A DNA stretch of 64,000 nt from Trueperaceae bacterium (GTDB lineage Bacteria; Deinococcota; Deinococci; Deinococcales; Trueperaceae). The stretch lies in contig JAXHNB010000005.1 in assembly GCA_034520945.1 (NCBI GenBank), positions 672,001 to 736,000 on the forward strand, written 5' to 3'. Positions 59,482 to 64,000 of this stretch are shown one piece after another. How positions within the stretch are numbered: the first letter of the stretch is position 1; the number at the start of each line of letters is the position of its first letter. Both the position numbers and the translations under genes were made by a program. A model generated the notes under the pieces. The model searched no databases. It was not told where the DNA came from and saw only the letters and a list, made by a program, of their open reading frames with translations.

Positions 59482-60396
59482 TCAGCGGACGCGACGAAGG
59501 CGCAAGGTGAGGGCGTGCGCCACCACGGTGGGCGAGACGTAGGCGGCCAAGGCCTCCTCCGCGCGCCGCACGGCGTCCAGCGCCGTGGGGTAGCGGGACG
59601 GGTCGTCGCGCCTCAGGTGGGCCAACACGCGCTCGGCCGGGGCCAGGTCCGGTCGTTCGGTCCACGCCTCGACCAGGGCCGCGCCGGCCGTCAACGCCGG
59701 CCCCAGCGGGCCGTCCAACGCGGCGACCCAGTCCGCGACCCGTCCCTGCATGTGGGCCTCCGCCTCCGGCGCCTCGCGCGCCCGGATCAGCCGCCCCACC
59801 TGACCGCTGCGCAGCGCGGGGTGCGGGGCCAGGTCCTCGAAGCCGCCGGTGGGGGCCGCGCCGAAGCGCACCGTGAGGCAGCGCGACGCCAGCGTGGGCA
59901 GGACCGCCTCGGGGCCCGGCGCGATCAGGATCACCACCGCCCAGCTAGGGGGCTCCTCCAGCACCTTCAAAAAGGCGTTGCCTGCCTGCGGGTTGAGCGT
60001 ATGGGCGTCGTCCACCACCCCGACGCGCACCCGGCCCTGTGGGCGGTGCGCCAACCACCGCGACAGCGGTTCGGGGTCCATCCTGGGCCCCTCCCGCGGC
60101 ACCATCTGGTCGATGCGGAGCATGGGCCGGCGGCTGCTCCGTCCCGCGCGCGTGGTGGCCTCGGGACGCTTATACATCAGGTCGGGGTGCGTCCCAGCGG
60201 CCATGCGCCGACAGGCGTCGCACCGCCCGCACGGCGCGGACGCCGGGTCGGCGCAGTTGCGCAGGGCGGCGTACCAGCGGGCGGTCGGCGCCCGCCCCAC
60301 GGCGTCGGGGCCGGCGAACAGCAGCGAGTGCGCCCCGGGGCCCAGCGCGCGGAGGACGTCTTGGACCTCGTCGTGCCCCGTGACCTCCAGGCTCAC
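59482..60396 (-). CDS. holB: DNA polymerase III delta-prime subunit
   Basis: LLFAGP, C..PCGRCDAC, HPD, NAFLKVLEEPP, TLASRC; GTGA overlap. Confidence 0.85.
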   Translation of the reverse strand: MSLEVTGHDEVQDVLRALGPGAHSLLFAGPDAVGRAPTARWYAALRNCADPASAPCGRCDACRRMAAGTHPDLMYKRPEATTRAGRSSRRPMLRIDQMVPREGPRMDPEPLSRWLAHRPQGRVRVGVVDDAHTLNPQAGNAFLKVLEEPPSWAVVILIAPGPEAVLPTLASRCLTVRFGAAPTGGFEDLAPHPALRSGQVGRLIRAREAPEAEAHMQGRVADWVAALDGPLGPALTAGAALVEAWTERPDLAPAERVLAHLRRDDPSRYPTALDAVRRAEEALAAYVSPTVVAHALTLRLRRVR

Positions 60397-61160
60397 CGAC
60401 CCACCGCCAGCCGGGTCGCCAGCGCCGCGGGGTAGCCGGCCTCCTTCACGCGGCGCTGCACGGCCATCACGTCGAACGCGACGCGCACGATCTGCAGCCG
60501 GCGCGTGTCCGCGTCGTAGAGCGCGTACGACGCCAGCGGCACGCCGTCCCGCGGCTGCCCCACCGAGCCGGGGTTCACGAAGCCGCGGGCGCGGGGCGGC
60601 ATGCGGTAGGTGCCCACCTCGTCGCGGAACATCAGCTGTCGCCACAGGCGGCGGCCACCGGGCGCCTCGACCGACGCCAGCACGCGGGGGACGTGCGTGT
60701 GACCCACCAGGCATACCGGCCGGCTCAGCAGCGACAGGTTCTCTTCGGCGTCGGGGAGACCGTGGAGGTACTGCCAGGGGTCGGCCAGCGCCCCGTGGAC
60801 CGCTTCGAGCAGATCGGTCGTCTCGTGCATGCGCAGCGAGCGCAGCCACGCGACCGAGTCGGGCGACAGGGTGGCCAACTGTCGTTCGAGGATCGGGCGG
60901 ACGACGGGGCTCCGTCCCGCCTCATTGGCGTCGCCGCGGCCGTCGGCCAGGTTGAGGAGCAGTTCGTCGTGGTTGCCGAGCAGGGCGATGGCCGGCGCCA
61001 AGGCCGCCAGGCGCTGCACGACCTCCTCGGCGTCGGGGTAGTACCCGACCGCGTCGCCCAGGAAGGCGTAGGCGTCGAACGCACGTCGTTCGGCGTCGCG
61101 GAGCACGGCATCGAGCGCCGTCGCGTTGGCGTGGACGTCGCTCAGCACCAGGTACCGCAC
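60393..61160 (-). CDS. Metallophosphoesterase
   Basis: SDVHAN, LGDAVGY, GNHD, HG, GHTH, NPGSVGQPRDG. Confidence 0.88.
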   Translation of the reverse strand: MRYLVLSDVHANATALDAVLRDAERRAFDAYAFLGDAVGYYPDAEEVVQRLAALAPAIALLGNHDELLLNLADGRGDANEAGRSPVVRPILERQLATLSPDSVAWLRSLRMHETTDLLEAVHGALADPWQYLHGLPDAEENLSLLSRPVCLVGHTHVPRVLASVEAPGGRRLWRQLMFRDEVGTYRMPPRARGFVNPGSVGQPRDGVPLASYALYDADTRRLQIVRVAFDVMAVQRRVKEAGYPAALATRLAVGR

Positions 61161-61237
61161 GCGCGAACGATACCACCGGCCCGGGGCGCGCCGGCGGCGG
61201 CCGAAGGGGCGCGTGCGTGCCGGGCTATACTGCCGGG

Positions 61238-62374
61238 GTGCAGCGAGCATGGCTCCTTCGGCTGATCGGCTGCCTCCTTGCGCTGGCAGCGTGGGGGGCC
61301 GCCTTCGCGCAGATCACCGTCCCGACGCTGGGGACGCGCGGCGACGTGCCCCAGGACGTGGTCGATCGGCTGACGGCGGGGCTGCGCGAGGGGTTGGCGG
61401 CCGAGGGGCTGGACGTGCGGGTGGGCGAACTGATCACCGCCGGCATCGCGGGGAGCCTCGAGCCCGAGTTCACCCGACTGATCGCGGAGGTGGACGGCAG
61501 CCGCTACGCCGTGTCGGGCGAGGTGGCGGAGGCCGGCCCGGACGCCGAGCGGCGCTATCTGGTCAACTTGATCGCCGTGGAGGCCGGGTCGGACCGCACC
61601 ACCGACCTGATCAGCCGACCGCTCGGCACGGACGACGTGGCCGGCGTCGCCGCGGCCCTCGCGGCCGAGATCGCGGCGTTCGCGCAGCCGCTCGGCGACC
61701 TGCCGCGCGGCGATGCCGGCCTGTTCGTGTCCTCCGAGCCGCGCGGTGCCCGCCTGAGCGTCGACGGCGTGCCGGTCGGCACCACGCCGGACGTCGGGCC
61801 GTTGATGTTGGCGCCGGGACGCTACCGCATCGAGCTCAGGGCGGAGGGGTTCCTGCCCGCCTCGCGCAGCGTCGAGCTGCGCGCGGGCGACACCGGGTTC
61901 GAGCACGTGGTCATGACGGCGATCAGCGGCGGCAGCATCCGCGTCACCTCGACGCCCGACGCCCGCGTGCGGCTGGACGGCGAACGGGTCGGTCGCACGC
62001 CCCTCACGGTGCCTGCGCGGGCGGGCCGCCACACGATCCAGTTGGTGCGGGACGGGTTCGCGGCCGAGGCGTTCGAGGTGCCGGTGCGCACCTACCGCGT
62101 GACGCGCGTGGAGGGCCGGCTCGAGCCCGTGCGCGAACCGCTGGTGTACTGGGCGGAGGAGCGCGAGACGTTGGTGCGGATCGACGGTCGCCTGCAGGGG
62201 CAAGGGTTCGCGCGCGACCTGGAGCCCGGCCTGCGCCGCATCGAGTTGATCGATCGGGGCGAACGGACCGAAGTGCTGCGCGCCGTCCCGGCGCGCGGCG
62301 TGTTCGAGCTCGATCTCGACACGGGCGAACTCCAGCCGCGCTTCGGGTCGCCCGAGCCGCCCCCGCCGGAGTAG
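61238..62374 (+). CDS. Secreted PEGA-domain protein
   Basis: Signal peptide; PEGA repeats SEPRGARLSVDG..GTTP and STPDARVRLDG..GRTP; TATACT 6 nt before the GTG. Confidence 0.8.
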   Translation: MQRAWLLRLIGCLLALAAWGAAFAQITVPTLGTRGDVPQDVVDRLTAGLREGLAAEGLDVRVGELITAGIAGSLEPEFTRLIAEVDGSRYAVSGEVAEAGPDAERRYLVNLIAVEAGSDRTTDLISRPLGTDDVAGVAAALAAEIAAFAQPLGDLPRGDAGLFVSSEPRGARLSVDGVPVGTTPDVGPLMLAPGRYRIELRAEGFLPASRSVELRAGDTGFEHVVMTAISGGSIRVTSTPDARVRLDGERVGRTPLTVPARAGRHTIQLVRDGFAAEAFEVPVRTYRVTRVEGRLEPVREPLVYWAEERETLVRIDGRLQGQGFARDLEPGLRRIELIDRGERTEVLRAVPARGVFELDLDTGELQPRFGSPEPPPPE

Positions 62375-62399
62375 CGACGCGCCGGGTCGCGCGGTGCGC

Positions 62400-63365
62400 T
62401 CAGGGGTTCAGCGCCCGCGCGTAGCCGAGGCGGATCGCGGCGCCCACGTCGCGATGCGTGTCGCGGTGCGCGCTTGCGCCCAGTTGGATTTCGCCGTCAC
62501 GCCAGGGCACCACGAGGCTCGCGTTCGCATCGATGGGGTGCCGCTGCGGCGCCAACGGTCGCACGCGCAGCCGCCACGACAGGCGCGCCGCGTCTACGCG
62601 CACCGCGCCGCGCGTCTCGACGCCCAAGGCGCCGCGCAGGCCGTCCCCTTCGCCGGGGGCGGCGTCCCACCAGGCGGTGATTTGGATCTCCGGGGCCCGC
62701 CGGGGCGTGACCAGGACGCCGGCCCCGACGCCCGCGCGGCCGTCGGCGCGGTCCGCCGCTCGGCCCTGGACCACCAGGATGCCATCGACGGTGCGGGACA
62801 GCAGGCGCCGCGCGCGCAGCGTGGCGCTGGCGTCGATCGACGTCGCCGCTCGCGCGACGTCCCGCTCCATGCGGGCGTCGAGGCTCACGATCCAGGTTCC
62901 GTCCAGCCGCACGTCGCTGCCGACCGCCAGCGCGACGCCTTCGCCGGCCCGCCCCAGACCGGGATCGGCCAGCGGGTCGAACCGGTCGGGCGGAGCGGTC
63001 CACGCCTCCAGCGAGGCGCGGGCCGCCACCGGCCCGAGCGTGCCGCGCCCGCCCGCGCGTGCCCGGGTGGCGAACCCGCCCGGCCCGGCACGCACGCCGC
63101 CGTCCAGTTCGAACACGAGGGTGCCGAACGGCGGCAGGCTGCTGCTGCGACGGACCGACAGGTCCAACCCGGGCGCCCGCCCCAGCACGGCCGAGGCGGA
63201 CACGGTGTCGGGCCCCTGGCGCACCCCGTCCAAGCCCAGGTGCACCGTGCGTTCCGGGCCTGCCACGAGGGCGGCTTCGAAGGTCTGGGACGCCGCCGTG
63301 CCGGTGCAGGCGAGCACGGCCACGGCGGCGAGCCACAAGGAGAGGAGGGGTATGGGTCGGGTCAC
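62400..63365 (-). CDS. Hypothetical secreted protein, possible outer-membrane beta-barrel
   Basis: Signal peptide, amphipathic beta-strand pattern, C-terminal AIRLGYAR. Confidence 0.55.
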   Translation of the reverse strand: MTRPIPLLSLWLAAVAVLACTGTAASQTFEAALVAGPERTVHLGLDGVRQGPDTVSASAVLGRAPGLDLSVRRSSSLPPFGTLVFELDGGVRAGPGGFATRARAGGRGTLGPVAARASLEAWTAPPDRFDPLADPGLGRAGEGVALAVGSDVRLDGTWIVSLDARMERDVARAATSIDASATLRARRLLSRTVDGILVVQGRAADRADGRAGVGAGVLVTPRRAPEIQITAWWDAAPGEGDGLRGALGVETRGAVRVDAARLSWRLRVRPLAPQRHPIDANASLVVPWRDGEIQLGASAHRDTHRDVGAAIRLGYARALNP

Positions 63366-63467
63366 GCCGACAGCCTGACACGTCGCGACCTGGGCGCCGC
63401 CGGTGCGGGTGGTAGACTCCCGGACGTTTGGCCGCACGCCGGCCGCACGCCGAAGGGACCCTCGATC

Positions 63468-64000
63468 ATGAACATCCTCGGACGACTGACCGTCCTTCCC
63501 CATGTGCCCGAACCGCTGGCCCCGCTCGAGGAGCTGGCCCGCAACCTGTACTGGACGTGGTCGCCGAGCGTCCGCGCCCTGTTCCGCCGCTTGGACCGGT
63601 CGGTGTGGGAGGCGTCCGGGCACAACCCGGTGGCGCTTCTTCGGGACGTCACGCAGGAACGGTTGGACGAGGCCGCCCGCGACGCGGCGTACGTCGAAGA
63701 GGTGCAACGGGCGTATCGCACCTACCGCGCGTACGTCGACCAGGCCAGTTGGTTCGATCGGGAGGTCGGCGAGGAGCACGTCTACGCCTACTTCTGCGCG
63801 GAGTACGGCTGGCACGAGGCGGTGGCGCTGTACTCCGGCGGCTTGGGGGTGTTGGCCGGCGATCACACCAAGGCGGCCAGCGATCTGGGGGTGCCGCTGG
63901 TCGGCGTCGGCCTGTTCTACCCGGAGGGGTACTTTCACCAGCGCATCGCCCGGGACGGGTCCCAAAAGGCCGTGTACGAGCGACACGAGCCGACGGACCT
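63468..64000 (+). CDS. glgP: Alpha-glucan (glycogen/starch) phosphorylase, 3' end outside the window
   Basis: Not in the ORF track. Manual translation: ELARNLYWTW, GHNPV, AYFCAEYG, YSGGLGVLAGDHTKAASDLG, GYFHQ. Confidence 0.92.
   Translation, partial: MNILGRLTVLPHVPEPLAPLEELARNLYWTWSPSVRALFRRLDRSVWEASGHNPVALLRDVTQERLDEAARDAAYVEEVQRAYRTYRAYVDQASWFDREVGEEHVYAYFCAEYGWHEAVALYSGGLGVLAGDHTKAASDLGVPLVGVGLFYPEGYFHQRIARDGSQKAVYERHEPTD

Noticed and set aside
63430..63451. Tandem 11-bp repeat ggccgcacgcc upstream of glgP
   Set aside because: Two copies in GC-rich DNA; likely slippage, with no supporting evidence for function

Overview
A very GC-rich (roughly 70% by eye), gene-dense chromosomal segment. 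It most likely comes from a Deinococcota bacterium (Truepera-like); this is inferred from protein styles, futalosine-pathway genes, a short GidA-like protein and pervasive leaderless promoters. It is mostly core genome, with about 68 CDSs: an opp/dpp ABC operon, secG, dgt, hisN, ispG, pyrD, scpA, typA, menG, mqnD, infC-rpmI-rplT, hisD, dxr-rseP, cdaA-cdaR-def-fmt-der, frameshifted prfB, a two-subunit B12 acyl-CoA mutase, truD, rnhB, holB and glgP, plus one tRNA-Leu(CAA). I see no mobile elements, CRISPR arrays or recognisable defence islands. Most interesting: (1) a candidate attenuator (leaderless 16-codon leader peptide, intrinsic terminator, alternative antiterminator pairing) upstream of a C4-zinc-ribbon coiled-coil gene; (2) an acyl-CoA mutase with isobutyryl-CoA-mutase-type residues (F79/Q197) rather than methylmalonyl-CoA-mutase residues; (3) about 20 genes with a TANNNT -10 box 5-9 nt before the start codon (leaderless mRNAs), plus possible leaderless micro-uORFs coupled to rseP and infC; (4) a half-size UgtP/MGDG-synthase gene; (5) a comF frame, missing from the ORF track, that has no stop codon and runs antisense through the neighbouring gene. 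All calls come from reading motifs by eye; no searches were run.
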